A DNA stretch of 64,000 bases from an uncultured Eubacteriales bacterium (GCA_900320465.1 ONSQ01000011.1:140-64139); one strand, 5' to 3'; positions 19,561 to 28,821 are shown, counted from the stretch's first letter. Notes: a model not told the origin generated them from the letters alone. Numbers and translations: made by a program.

Positions 19561-19872
19561 ATGCCAATCACCAGCAAACAGCGCGCCTATCTGCGCGGCC
19601 TTGCGATGAACGCGGAAACGATCATCCAGGTCGGCAAGGGCGGCATTACCGAAAATCTGGTCGCATCTGTCAATGACGCGCTAAAGGCTCGCGAGCTTGT
19701 CAAGGGCAAGGTTCTGGAGAGCTCCATGCTCAGCGCACGCGAGGCCTGCGACGCTCTGTGCGAGGCCTGCGGCGCCGAAGGCGTCCAGTGCATCGGAACC
19801 AAGTTCGTACTCTATCGCCGCAACGACAAAGAGCCGAAGATCGAGCTGCCCAGGGAAAAAGGGAAAAAATGA
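19561..19872 (+). CDS. yhbY: YhbY/CRM-domain ribosome-assembly RNA-binding protein
   Basis: 103 aa with AAGGAG upstream. SKQRAYLRGLAMNAETIIQVGKGGIT is the YhbY N-terminal signature. Confidence 0.85.
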   Translation: MPITSKQRAYLRGLAMNAETIIQVGKGGITENLVASVNDALKARELVKGKVLESSMLSAREACDALCEACGAEGVQCIGTKFVLYRRNDKEPKIELPREKGKK

Positions 19873-21035
19873 AAATCGCCTTTTATGGAGGCAGCTTCAA
19901 TCCTCCACACCTTGGCCATGTGGAAGCGGCGCGAAGCGTTGCCGCCCAACTCCGGCCGGACCGGTTTTTGATTATTCCCGCCAATATCCCGCCCCACAAG
20001 GAGCTGGCGGACGACAGCCCCAGCGCGCAGCAGCGTCTGGAGCTCTGCCGTCTGGCTTTTGCCGACGTGCCGGGTGCAGAGGTCAGCGATCTTGAGCTAA
20101 GACGCGAAGGAAAGAGCTACTCCTATGATACCGTCCGCAGTCTCCAGGAGGAGTACGGCGACTGTGAGCTGTATCTCGTCATCGGCACAGACATGCTGGA
20201 GAGCTTTGAACAATGGTATCAGTTCCATTATCTGCTCCAGTCCTGCACGCTTGCTGTTCTGGCTCGCGGTGAGGACGACAGCGACTCGCTGCGCGCCATG
20301 ACGGAGGATCTGCGCAGCCGCTACGGCGCAAAGATCCAGCTCCTGAGTCACGAGCCGGTGGAGACGAGCTCTGAATACATCCGCTCCCGTTTGCCTCTGC
20401 GTGCCGGTGAGGATGATCTGAGCGACGATGTTTACGCCGAGATCATTCGCAAACGGCTCTACGGTGCCCGCCCCTCACTGCCCTGGCTGAGGGAACGCGT
20501 GCTGGGCTTTCTGGATGAATACCGCGTGGCGCATGTGGCCGGCTGCGAAAGCGAGGCTGTCAGCCTGGCCATGCACTGGGGCGAGGACCCCGAGCTGGCC
20601 GCCGAGGCCGGAATCCTTCACGACATTACCAAGCGCTGCTCAAAGGAAGAACAGTTGCAGTTGTGCGAAAAGTATGGTATTATAAACAATCATGCCGAGC
20701 TTGAGGCTCCAAAACTGCTCCACGCCAAGACCGGCGCCGCGCTGGCGCGCGATCTTTTCGGTGTCAGCGATGCGGTTTATGAGGCCATCCGGTGGCACAC
20801 TACCGGCAAAAGCGACATGAGCCTTTTTGAAAAAATCCTGTATCTGGCCGATTATATCGAGCCCACACGGGATTTTGACGGGATCGACAGGCTGCGGACC
20901 CTGGCCTATGAGGACCTGGATGCGGCCATGGCGCTGGGTCTGGAGATGACGATCGCAGAGATACGCCGCTCCGGGCACGAGCCGTATGTTGACACATTGG
21001 ACGCTTATGACTGGTACAACAAAAAGGAGAAATGA
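19869..21035 (+). CDS. nadD: Fusion protein: nicotinate-nucleotide adenylyltransferase NadD + HD-domain YqeK
   Basis: Internal ATG at 19869 overlaps the yhbY stop (ATGA). The N half has GGSFNPPHLGH. The C half is an HD hydrolase (ILHDITK ... HAKTGA ... WHTTGK .. LYLADYIEP). One uninterrupted 388-aa frame. Confidence 0.85.
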   Translation: MKIAFYGGSFNPPHLGHVEAARSVAAQLRPDRFLIIPANIPPHKELADDSPSAQQRLELCRLAFADVPGAEVSDLELRREGKSYSYDTVRSLQEEYGDCELYLVIGTDMLESFEQWYQFHYLLQSCTLAVLARGEDDSDSLRAMTEDLRSRYGAKIQLLSHEPVETSSEYIRSRLPLRAGEDDLSDDVYAEIIRKRLYGARPSLPWLRERVLGFLDEYRVAHVAGCESEAVSLAMHWGEDPELAAEAGILHDITKRCSKEEQLQLCEKYGIINNHAELEAPKLLHAKTGAALARDLFGVSDAVYEAIRWHTTGKSDMSLFEKILYLADYIEPTRDFDGIDRLRTLAYEDLDAAMALGLEMTIAEIRRSGHEPYVDTLDAYDWYNKKEK

Positions 21036-21038
21036 CAC

Positions 21039-21398
21039 ATGCTGACTCCCGCCCAAATCGCCGCCATCGCCGTCAAGGCACTTGACGACAAAAAAGCCAA
21101 GGACATCAAGGTCCTCAAGACCGACGGACAGACCGTTCTGGCGGATTATTTCGTCATCTGCAACGGTAACTCCGCTCCGCACATCAAGTCGCTGGTCGAC
21201 GAGGTGGACCGCCGACTCTCCGAAGCGGGCGAGCCTCTCATGCGCCGTGAAGGTCTGCGCTCCGACATCTGGGTGCTGATGGACTTCGGCTGCGTGATCG
21301 TCCATGTTTTCACGGACGAGGCGCGGAAATTCTATAATCTGGAGCGTCTCTGGAGCGATGCCGAGACTGTTGACCCCTCATCCCTTCCTCGCCCCTGA
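21039..21398 (+). CDS. rsfS: Ribosome silencing factor RsfS (iojap/YbeB)
   Basis: 119 aa. LDDKKAKDIKVLKTDGQTVLADYFVICNGNS and WVLMDFGCVIVHVF are typical RsfS sequence. Confidence 0.9.
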   Translation: MLTPAQIAAIAVKALDDKKAKDIKVLKTDGQTVLADYFVICNGNSAPHIKSLVDEVDRRLSEAGEPLMRREGLRSDIWVLMDFGCVIVHVFTDEARKFYNLERLWSDAETVDPSSLPRP

Positions 21399-21466
21399 TT
21401 ACAGGGGCGTCAGGAGCTTTCTCCGTGCCTAACGGGGAAATACTTGAATAAGGGATTGATGCAATT

Positions 21467-23968
21467 ATGAAATATGATTTTACCGCAATTGAAAAGAAAT
21501 GGCAGGACAGATGGGAGCAGACCAAGCCCTACGCCGCCGTCACCGGCAGCGACAAGCCGAAGTTTTACGGTCTGATCGAGTTCCCGTATCCCTCCGCCGC
21601 AGGTCTTCATGTGGGTCATCCGCGCCCCTTCACGGCCATTGACATCGTCACCCGCAAGAAGAGGATGGACGGCTACAACGTCCTTTTCCCCATCGGCTTT
21701 GACGCTTTCGGTCTTCCGACCGAGAATTTCGCCATCAAGAACCACGTCCATCCGGCGATCGTCACCAAACAGAATATCGAAAACTTCACGCGTCAGCTGA
21801 AGATGCTGGGCTACGGCTTTGACTGGGACCGCGTCGTGGACACGACAGACCCCAATTATTATAAGTGGACCCAGTGGATCTTCCTGCAGATGTTCAAGAA
21901 GGGCCTGGCATACAAGACCACTATGCCCATCAACTGGTGCCCCAGCTGCAAGTGCGGCCTGGCCAATGAAGAAGTGGTCGAGGGCAACTGCGAGCGCTGC
22001 GGTTCTCCTGTTATCCGCAAGGAGAAGAGCCAGTGGATGCTGCGCATCACGAACTATGCCGATCGTCTGATCGACGATCTGGACGATCTGGACTATATTG
22101 AGCGTGTCAAGGTCCAGCAGCGCAACTGGATCGGCCGCTCCACGGGCTGCGAGGTCACATTCAAGACCAATACGCCCGACACTATCACCGTTTATACCAC
22201 CCGTGCCGACACCCTCTTCGGCGTCAGCTATGTGGTCATCTCCCCGGAACACCCGCTGCTGGACAAGTGGCAGGGTCAGATCAAGAACTGGGATGCGGTC
22301 AAGGCCTATCAGGAGGCCGCTGCGCGCAAATCCGACTTTGAGCGCGGCGAGCTGAATAAGGACAAGACCGGCGTTCGTCTTGAAGGAATCGAGGTCACCA
22401 ATCCTGCAAACGGCGAGATCGTCCCGATGTTCGTTTCTGACTACGTGCTCATGGGCTACGGCACCGGCATCGTCATGGGCGTGCCCGGCCATGACCAGCG
22501 CGACTGGGAGTTTGCCACCAAGTTCGGCCTGCCGATCATTGAAGTCGTCTCCGGCGGCGATGTGACCAAGGAAGCTTTTGTCGCAAAGGACGACAAGGCC
22601 ATCATGGTGAACTCCGGCTTCCTCAACGGCATGACCGTCAAAGAGGCCATCCCCGCCATGAAGGAATACGCCGTCAAGGCCGGCTGGGGCAAGGAAAAGG
22701 TCAACTATAAGCTGCGCGACTGGGTCTTCACCCGTCAGCGCTATTGGGGCGAGCCGATCCCCCTGGTCCACTGCGACAAGTGCGGCTGGGTGCCGCTCGA
22801 CGAGAGCGAGCTGCCGCTGCTGCTGCCGCAGGTGGACAGCTATGAGCCCACCGACGACGGCGAAAGCCCGCTCAGCAAAATGACCGACTGGGTCAACACC
22901 ACGTGCCCCTGCTGTGGCGGACCGGCCAAGCGCGAGACCGACACCATGCCCAACTGGGCTGGCTCCTGCTGGTATTATCTGCGTTATATGGACCCGCACA
23001 ACGATACTGCGCCCGTCTCCAGAGAGGCAGAGGAGTACTGGGGCCCGGTCGACTGGTACAACGGCGGCATGGAGCACACGACGCTCCACCTGCTCTACAG
23101 CCGCTTCTGGCACAAGTTCCTCTATGATATCGGCGTGGTCCATACCAAGGAGCCCTACGCCAAGCGCACCTCTCACGGCATGATCCTGGGCCAGAACCCG
23201 CATTATGTGGGCAATGTTTCCTCAGAAGAGGAGAAGAAGGCGCTTATCGAGCGCTACGGCAACGAAGCCCTGCGCCCGGCAGTCAAGATGTCCAAGTCTC
23301 TCGGCAACGTGGTCAACCCCGACGACGTGATCAAGCTTTACGGCGCGGATACGATGCGCGTGTATATCATGTTTATCGGCGATTTTGAGAAGGTTGCCAC
23401 CTGGTCCGACGACGCGGTCAAGGGCTCCAAGCGCTTCCTGGATCGCTGCTGGAACCTGATGGATCTGTGCAGGGACGACGAAGCTGTCAGCGCCAAGAAT
23501 GAGGCCAGCATCCACCGCACGATCAAGAAGGTCGGCGACGATATCGAACAGCTCAAGATGAACACCGCCATTGCGGCGCTCATGACCCTGGTCAACGAGT
23601 TCTATGCAAACGGTCTCACCAAGGGCGATTTTGAGGTCCTCATTCAGCTGCTCTCTCCCTTCGCCCCGCACATTGCCGAGGAAATGTGGGAGCTCTGCGG
23701 CTTTGCCGCAAAGCATGGCAAGATGGCCATGCAGATGGATTGGCCGAAGTATGACGAGTCCAAGACCGTCGCTGCCGAGCATGAAATGGCAGTCCAGGTC
23801 AACGGCAAGGTCCGCAGCACGATCACCGTTCCCGCCGACAGCGATGATCAGGCTATCGTCGACGCCGCACTGGCCGACGAGAAGATCAAGCGCCAGATCG
23901 CGGGGATGAAGCTCGTCAAGACGATCGTTGTCAAGAACCGCATCGTCAACCTGATCGTCAAGCCCTGA
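21467..23968 (+). CDS. leuS: Leucine--tRNA ligase
   Basis: 833 aa. HIGH-type motif ([12 protein letters not shown]), KMSKS present (VKMSKSLGN), and a CP1 editing insertion. Confidence 0.97.
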   Translation: MKYDFTAIEKKWQDRWEQTKPYAAVTGSDKPKFYGLIEFPYPSAAGLHVGHPRPFTAIDIVTRKKRMDGYNVLFPIGFDAFGLPTENFAIKNHVHPAIVTKQNIENFTRQLKMLGYGFDWDRVVDTTDPNYYKWTQWIFLQMFKKGLAYKTTMPINWCPSCKCGLANEEVVEGNCERCGSPVIRKEKSQWMLRITNYADRLIDDLDDLDYIERVKVQQRNWIGRSTGCEVTFKTNTPDTITVYTTRADTLFGVSYVVISPEHPLLDKWQGQIKNWDAVKAYQEAAARKSDFERGELNKDKTGVRLEGIEVTNPANGEIVPMFVSDYVLMGYGTGIVMGVPGHDQRDWEFATKFGLPIIEVVSGGDVTKEAFVAKDDKAIMVNSGFLNGMTVKEAIPAMKEYAVKAGWGKEKVNYKLRDWVFTRQRYWGEPIPLVHCDKCGWVPLDESELPLLLPQVDSYEPTDDGESPLSKMTDWVNTTCPCCGGPAKRETDTMPNWAGSCWYYLRYMDPHNDTAPVSREAEEYWGPVDWYNGGMEHTTLHLLYSRFWHKFLYDIGVVHTKEPYAKRTSHGMILGQNPHYVGNVSSEEEKKALIERYGNEALRPAVKMSKSLGNVVNPDDVIKLYGADTMRVYIMFIGDFEKVATWSDDAVKGSKRFLDRCWNLMDLCRDDEAVSAKNEASIHRTIKKVGDDIEQLKMNTAIAALMTLVNEFYANGLTKGDFEVLIQLLSPFAPHIAEEMWELCGFAAKHGKMAMQMDWPKYDESKTVAAEHEMAVQVNGKVRSTITVPADSDDQAIVDAALADEKIKRQIAGMKLVKTIVVKNRIVNLIVKP

Positions 23969-23985
23969 AATACGCAAACAAAAAC

Positions 23986-24014
23986 TTGACAAGAACAGGC
24001 AAAACCATTATAAT
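23986..24014 (+). promoter_or_regulatory. Sigma-70-type promoter for rpsU
   Basis: TTGACA (23986-23991), a 17-nt spacer, then TATAAT (24009-24014). Confidence 0.7.
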
Positions 24015-24081
24015 AAACCTGTTGAAAAGCCAATCATTTGGCCCTTGAAGCACTTCGGTGCATTTGGAGGGAGGGAAATAA

Positions 24082-24267
24082 ATGTCTGAAATCTACGTCA
24101 AGGAAAACGAGTCTCTGGACAACGCTCTTAAAAGATTCAAGCGCAGTTGCGCCAAGTCCGGCGTCCTGGCTGATCTGAGAAAGAAAGAGTACTATCAGAG
24201 CCCCAGCGTCAAACGCCGCAAGAAATCTGAGGCGGCTCGCAAGAACAAGAACAAGCGCTACTACTGA
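24082..24267 (+). CDS. rpsU: 30S ribosomal protein S21
   Basis: 61 aa, basic. [34 protein letters not shown] matches S21. Strong GGAGGGAGG RBS. Confidence 0.95.
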   Translation: MSEIYVKENESLDNALKRFKRSCAKSGVLADLRKKEYYQSPSVKRRKKSEAARKNKNKRYY

Positions 24268-24274
24268 TATGACA

Positions 24275-24310
24275 AAAGGCAGCATCTTTCGATGCTGCCT
24301 TTATTCATTT
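24275..24310 (+). terminator. Rho-independent terminator of rpsU
   Basis: aaaggcagcatc-tttc-gatgctgccttt followed by a T-rich attcatttta. Confidence 0.8.
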
Positions 24311-24317
24311 TATATGC

Positions 24318-24348
24318 AAAGGCTCCCGGGGAAGTGCCCCGGGAGCCT
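24318..24348 (-). terminator. Hairpin after the surface-protein stop (weak U-tract)
   Basis: Perfect 12-bp stem aggctcccgggg / ccccgggagcct with a 5-nt loop. On the minus strand it is followed only by cctttgc. Confidence 0.5.
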
Positions 24349-24352
24349 CTCA

Positions 24353-27300
24353 TTATTTGGTTTTGCGTACGCGCCGTTTGTGAGAACTGTTTTTGCCCGT
24401 CCACACCAGTGCGCCAGCCGCAGCCGCAATGGCGACCAGAGCCAGGATCATGATCACGATCCACGTGGTCAGATGGTTGCTGTCGCCGGTCCGTGCGGTC
24501 TGCTCTTTGCGCTGCACGGTGAAGCTGGCCTGAACGCTCTCGCCCCCGCTGTATCGGGCGCTGAGCGTATGCTCGCCTGCGCTGAGAGTATTCAGATAGG
24601 CGGCCTTCAGCCACACGTCCGTGCTGCCGGAGGCGGAGGTATAGTTATCGCGGTCCAGCGTCTTGCCGTCCACCAGAAGGCCTTCAAAGCCGTCGTAGCT
24701 GTGGTCCAGCTTGATGAACAGCGTACCCGAGCTGCCGTTGATCCACACGGCGTTAGACGTGCCCTTATCAGCATCGGTCACCGTCAGGAGACCGTACTGA
24801 TAGCGGATATCGTAATTCTTGGTCACATCCGCTCCGCTGGTCTTGTCGGTGATCTTCACGTCGGAGACCGTGTTTTCGCTGGAGCCCACTTTGGTCTGGG
24901 AGCCGGTGATGCGCAGCGTGACCTGCTGGCCGTCCACGCGGCCGGTGATCGTGGGCGTCGAGCGCTCGGTCAACGCGCTGCCGTCATAGCTCTTATTGGC
25001 TGCGCTGGTTTCAATCGTCATCGGCCGGGGCGTAATGGTCAGCGTACCCTTCAGCCGTGTGATATTGAATTGACTGGTCACATCGCCGCCGCTGCTGGAC
25101 AGGATCTTCACGCTCTTGATCGTAATATCATAGCGTCCCGCGTCTACAGGAGATTCCGGGTTGAACGTGGCCTGAATGCTGTAGCCTGCGGGCAGGGAAC
25201 CGGAAGTGACCTTCAGATCCGTCCCGCGCAGAACGTAGGGCGTTCCGTCATATACCTTGCTGTGGTCGCCGGGGGAGAGGGTGATGCTGGTGATGGGATC
25301 GCGCCCGACGCTCAGCGTACCGGCTGCTGCGGTGACCGTGTAGTTGGCGCTCACGTCCTTGCCGGAGCTGTCGGTGATCTTGATGGAACTCTTGACAATG
25401 CTGTTGGCGGAGGACCCGATCTCAGTCTGGGAGCCGCTGACACTGGCAGTCAGCTTATGTCCCTTGACCAGCTCGCCGGAGGTGATGGAGTAGCTGTCGC
25501 GTGTCAAGGGCCTGCCGTCGTAAATCTTGGAGGCCGAAGCGGCAGTAACCGTGACAGCACGGGGCTTGACAGTCAGCTTACCCGGTACGACGGTGATCGT
25601 ATATTTTGCGGTTACGTCATCGTTTCCATTTTTTACAGTGAAAACGGCGGTTACGCTGCTCTCGCCGGCGTCGGTCTGGCTGCCGGTCACTTCACCCACG
25701 ACCAGCTCGTCGCCGTCAGCCAGCTTGCCGGAGGTGATCGTATATTCCTTACTGACAAGCTCTTTGCCGTCATAGGTTTTTTCCGCACTCTTCATCGTGA
25801 TGGTCAGCGCCGCGGCGTCGGCCGGAGCCTTGACAGTCAGTGTCCCGTCCACGAGAGCAACGCGATACTGCGCGGTGACGTTCTTGCCCTCTGCGTCCGT
25901 GATGGTCACCGACTGGGGATCGATCTTGTTGGCAGAGGAGCCGACAGCTGTCTGGCTGCCTTTCACGGATGCGGTGAGGGTATGACCTTCAACCACGCTC
26001 CCGGCGCTGATCGTGAAGCCATCGTTCTTCAGCTCCTTGCCGTCAAAGTCCTTTTCGGCACTGGCGGCCGTAAGCGTGATTGCGCGGGGCTTAACTGACA
26101 GCGAAGCGCCGACAACGGTGATTTCATAATTATCGGTGACGTCATTGGCGCCATTCTTGACGGCGAACACGGCGTTCACGCTGCCGCTCCCCACGCCGGT
26201 AATGCTGCCATCCATGGAGACGACAGTCAGTTCGTCGCCGCCCAGCAGACTGCCTGCGGTGATATCATAGCCGGTCTGTACGGCATTACTGCCGTCATAC
26301 TCCTTTTCGCAATTGCGGAGCGTAATGGTCAGTGGCTGTTTGTCCTCCCGGTCTGAGACCGTGATGGAGCCGTTGATCACGCTGATATCATAGTTAGCCG
26401 TTACGTCATTGTCCGCATCGTCGCGGATAGTGAAAACGGCAGAGGCGGTACTGCTTCCGGGCAGCGTCTGCTCGCCGGAGTAGGAGGGAACGGCGCGGTG
26501 ACCATCCACCAAACTGCCGTTTTGAATGCTGAAATCAGTCGGACGGACAGGCTGGCCGGTGTAGGGAGCATTTACGTCCGTCACGCGGAAGGTGATGCCG
26601 CGTTTGACGACGCGCATCGTGCCCGGAAGAACCTGGAAGCGATATTCACCGGTGACATTCTGTTCGCCCCGCATAACACTCACGGCGCTGAGATCCAGCG
26701 TAGCTTCCGCGCTGCCCGCATCTGTGATCGAAGCATGCACGGCGTTGTCAGGAACAGTCAGACTGTCGCCGTCTTTCAGCGTGCCGACGCGGCTGTAGCC
26801 CACAGTCAGGGGCGTCCCGTCGTACATTTTTTCACCGCTTTCAAAGCTGAAAACGATGCTCTCTTCCCACTGCGCTTCAGCGCTGACGTTTTCAAAGATC
26901 GCAATCTGCTCGCCGCTCTGCGCCTGCTTGGTCATGCCGCTGGAGAATGTGAGCTTCCAACCGGTAAAGCGGCATCCGAGCTGCTTCAATGCCGCAGCTT
27001 CCGCATCGGAAGAGAGGGAAGCGACGCTGCAGACAGCGGCGGACTGGCCAGCCGGGATGCTGAGCGTCTGCTCCTCACCGCCTGCAACCAGATCGCCGAC
27101 AGGCACGAGCGGGCGCAGAGAATCACCGACCGCGCCGAGAGAATAGTGCACGCTCAACGCCTCTGCAGCCTTGGCAAGTTCGATCTGTACCAGATAACCG
27201 CCCTCACCGCTGCCGTTGAAGACACGGCCAACCGCCGAGGCGTCAAAGCCGTCCGCAAATATGGCGGCCGGAAGAAAGATCGCACCGGCCGCGGTGCTGT

Positions 27301-27658
27301 CCAGCTGCGCCAGGGAGAGCAGACTCTTGCTGGTCGGATCGGGGGTCTGCCCCTCAGTCACGATCAAAAGCGAGCGAAAGACCCACCCGGCAGGAGGCGC
27401 GATGCGCAGTCCGTTTTTCTGCAAATCGGCTACCGTTGGCTCAGCAGCGCCCGCCTCGAAGACAAAGCCGCTGCCAAGCTGTTCCGTCACGGCCTGAACG
27501 TCGGACAGTACCAGCTGTTCACCGTCCTTGCTGCACACAACGGCCCATTTCATCGCAGTATCGCCGTCGGCATAAGCGCTGGGGACACCGAGTGCAAACA
27601 ACTGCCAAATCAACATCAGGGCAAGCAGGAGGCTTGCTGTTTTTTTCATTTTGCCCAT
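24353..27658 (-). CDS. Large secreted cell-surface protein with ~9 tandem YDG/MBG-type repeats, an X2-like module, and a C-terminal hydrophobic anchor with basic tail
   Basis: 1101 aa. Signal peptide MGKMKKTASLLLALMLIWQLFALGVPSAYA. Repeats of ~85-90 aa each carry K.YDG..L...Y.I..G.L..G..L and end in ..NY.I....G.L.V.PR. The C-terminus is QTARTGDSNHLTTW-IVIMILALVAIAAAAGALVW-TGKNSSHKRRVRKTK. Confidence 0.85.
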   Translation of the reverse strand: MGKMKKTASLLLALMLIWQLFALGVPSAYADGDTAMKWAVVCSKDGEQLVLSDVQAVTEQLGSGFVFEAGAAEPTVADLQKNGLRIAPPAGWVFRSLLIVTEGQTPDPTSKSLLSLAQLDSTAAGAIFLPAAIFADGFDASAVGRVFNGSGEGGYLVQIELAKAAEALSVHYSLGAVGDSLRPLVPVGDLVAGGEEQTLSIPAGQSAAVCSVASLSSDAEAAALKQLGCRFTGWKLTFSSGMTKQAQSGEQIAIFENVSAEAQWEESIVFSFESGEKMYDGTPLTVGYSRVGTLKDGDSLTVPDNAVHASITDAGSAEATLDLSAVSVMRGEQNVTGEYRFQVLPGTMRVVKRGITFRVTDVNAPYTGQPVRPTDFSIQNGSLVDGHRAVPSYSGEQTLPGSSTASAVFTIRDDADNDVTANYDISVINGSITVSDREDKQPLTITLRNCEKEYDGSNAVQTGYDITAGSLLGGDELTVVSMDGSITGVGSGSVNAVFAVKNGANDVTDNYEITVVGASLSVKPRAITLTAASAEKDFDGKELKNDGFTISAGSVVEGHTLTASVKGSQTAVGSSANKIDPQSVTITDAEGKNVTAQYRVALVDGTLTVKAPADAAALTITMKSAEKTYDGKELVSKEYTITSGKLADGDELVVGEVTGSQTDAGESSVTAVFTVKNGNDDVTAKYTITVVPGKLTVKPRAVTVTAASASKIYDGRPLTRDSYSITSGELVKGHKLTASVSGSQTEIGSSANSIVKSSIKITDSSGKDVSANYTVTAAAGTLSVGRDPITSITLSPGDHSKVYDGTPYVLRGTDLKVTSGSLPAGYSIQATFNPESPVDAGRYDITIKSVKILSSSGGDVTSQFNITRLKGTLTITPRPMTIETSAANKSYDGSALTERSTPTITGRVDGQQVTLRITGSQTKVGSSENTVSDVKITDKTSGADVTKNYDIRYQYGLLTVTDADKGTSNAVWINGSSGTLFIKLDHSYDGFEGLLVDGKTLDRDNYTSASGSTDVWLKAAYLNTLSAGEHTLSARYSGGESVQASFTVQRKEQTARTGDSNHLTTWIVIMILALVAIAAAAGALVWTGKNSSHKRRVRKTK
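24650..26850 (-). repeat. Coding tandem-repeat region (about 9 diverged ~260-nt modules) inside the surface-protein gene
   Basis: Protein-level periodicity in KMYDGTPL, APYTGQPV, KEYDGSNA, KDFDGKEL, KTYDGKEL, KIYDGRPL, KVYDGTPY and KSYDGSAL. Boundaries are approximate. Confidence 0.7.
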
Positions 27659-27746
27659 GTTTGAATCCTCCGACAGATGGAATCAAGCTTAAGATTCTTA
27701 AGAGAAATGTAACTTCTTTTTACAAAAATGAAGCTTTGATGGTCTC

Positions 27747-27774
27747 ATTATAGCATCTTCCGTCCGAAATACAA
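27747..27774 (-). promoter_or_regulatory. Candidate promoter of the surface-protein gene (extended -10)
   Basis: The minus strand reads TTGTAT, a 16-nt spacer, then TGcTATAAT. It lies downstream of the srtB terminator and ~85 nt upstream of the GGAGGA RBS. Confidence 0.5.
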
Positions 27775-27808
27775 GGCTTCAAAGGCTGAATAATTCTTAA
27801 GCCCATCC

Positions 27809-27839
27809 TAAAAAAACACCCTCCCATGGAAGGGAGGGT
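27809..27839 (-). terminator. Rho-independent terminator after srtB
   Basis: The minus strand reads caccctccc-ttccat-gggagggtg followed by ttttttt. Confidence 0.85.
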
Positions 27840-27848
27840 GCGCGTCTA

Positions 27849-28643
27849 TCACCCGATGGGAACTAATTTTCCCGCGAGTATAAATCTGACGTCCAGGTCT
27901 GTGTAGGTGCATGTGGATAACAGAAGTATCCGATCAGCAGAACTGACGTTTACCGTCGAGCTGACAGACGAAGACGCAATGAGCTTGTCCAGGAAAGCGC
28001 CGAAGGCGGCCTCGTCGGCAAAACTCGTCTGATAGGCGAATCCCTCCGGGTCGGAGACGAATCCACTGAAAATCTCCACCTTGTAATTCTGAGAGGGAGT
28101 GTTCAGATACATGATGGGATGTGCATCGAAAAAGGCCTGGTCAATATAGTCGTCTATCAGCGCAAACATGGAGCCGTCGCGCATGTTATGGCCGTAAATG
28201 ATCGTACTTTTGCCGGAAAAATCTGAAGGACAGACAAAATCCACAAACAGCGTGCCGCCGCTGTTGGGCGTGCCGTCCAGAAAGCGGTTGAGATAATATG
28301 CATTGTCCGAGCCCTGCACCACGGGATAGTTGATCACCGTATCCGGCAGACACAGCCAGCCCACCACGTCGCCGGAGCGCTCTGCGAGTGAGGCAAAGTC
28401 CACACTGACAGGGGAGCGTTCGATCTCCTCCTGCGGCTCTTCTGCGGTCGGCACGGCCGCAGCGGGAGCAGGGGAGGGGCTGGGCCTTGAAGTCATTACC
28501 ACGTCGCTGCTCAGACTGTTGTAGCGGCGCTCCGCGGCTTTGTATTCGTGTAAAATGGAAAAGACCTTCCAAATGCTGAACAGCAAAAGTGCGGCGAGCA
28601 GAATACATAGCGCTGTCAGTACGGTTCGTCCGACTCTTCTCAT
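27849..28643 (-). CDS. srtB: Class B sortase
   Basis: 264 aa with an N-terminal TM anchor. SrtB-like motifs DVVGWLCLPDTVINYPVVQG, TIIYGHNMRDGSMF, the catalytic-Cys context LLLSTCTY, and a downstream Arg (VRFILAG). Confidence 0.85.
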   Translation of the reverse strand: MRRVGRTVLTALCILLAALLLFSIWKVFSILHEYKAAERRYNSLSSDVVMTSRPSPSPAPAAAVPTAEEPQEEIERSPVSVDFASLAERSGDVVGWLCLPDTVINYPVVQGSDNAYYLNRFLDGTPNSGGTLFVDFVCPSDFSGKSTIIYGHNMRDGSMFALIDDYIDQAFFDAHPIMYLNTPSQNYKVEIFSGFVSDPEGFAYQTSFADEAAFGAFLDKLIASSSVSSTVNVSSADRILLLSTCTYTDLDVRFILAGKLVPIG

Positions 28644-28755
28644 AAAAGAAACCTCCGCAGGAAATCGATGCCGTCATACAGGACAGCTATCGGCTATTAT
28701 ACCTTGAGGGAATGAAAAAAGATAGTCCCGGAGAAGAAATTAAGAAACTTGTTAC

Positions 28756-28784
28756 TTGTCATCTGCTGGCAGTTATGGTATAGT
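28756..28784 (+). promoter_or_regulatory. Candidate promoter of the SPT-like/SDR pair
   Basis: TTGTCA (28756-28761), a 17-nt spacer, then TGgTATAGT (extended -10; TATAGT at 28779-28784). Confidence 0.55.
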
Positions 28785-28821
28785 TAGTTCAAATATTTGA
28801 AAGAAAATAAGGAGGCATCCG

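Noticed and set aside
21399-21466. Expected T-box leader upstream of leuS
   Set aside because: The rsfS-leuS gap is only 68 nt. It has no specifier-loop or T-box (AAnnnGGGTGGnACC-like) sequence and no terminator/antiterminator pair. leuS is probably read through from the yhbY-nadD-rsfS unit.
21410-23203. 597-aa minus-strand ORF inside leuS
   Set aside because: It is a shadow ORF opposite a clearly identified leucyl-tRNA synthetase. The same reasoning applies to 4200-5669(-), 28789-30102(-), 33907-35319(-), 39454-41340(-), 45823-47331(+), 47328-48413(+) and 48423-49610(+).
24269-26098. 609-aa plus-strand ORF across the repeat region
   Set aside because: It is antisense to the surface-protein gene, which has a signal peptide, periodic repeats and a good RBS. 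The plus-strand product is Gly/Ala/Arg/Val low-complexity with no RBS, typical of a shadow ORF in GC-rich DNA.
24650-26850. DNA-level repeats as a mobile element or assembly collapse
   Set aside because: The periodicity is in-frame and the modules are diverged at the protein level, with different residues around each YDG. This is consistent with a genuine repeat-domain adhesin rather than an IS or duplication artefact.
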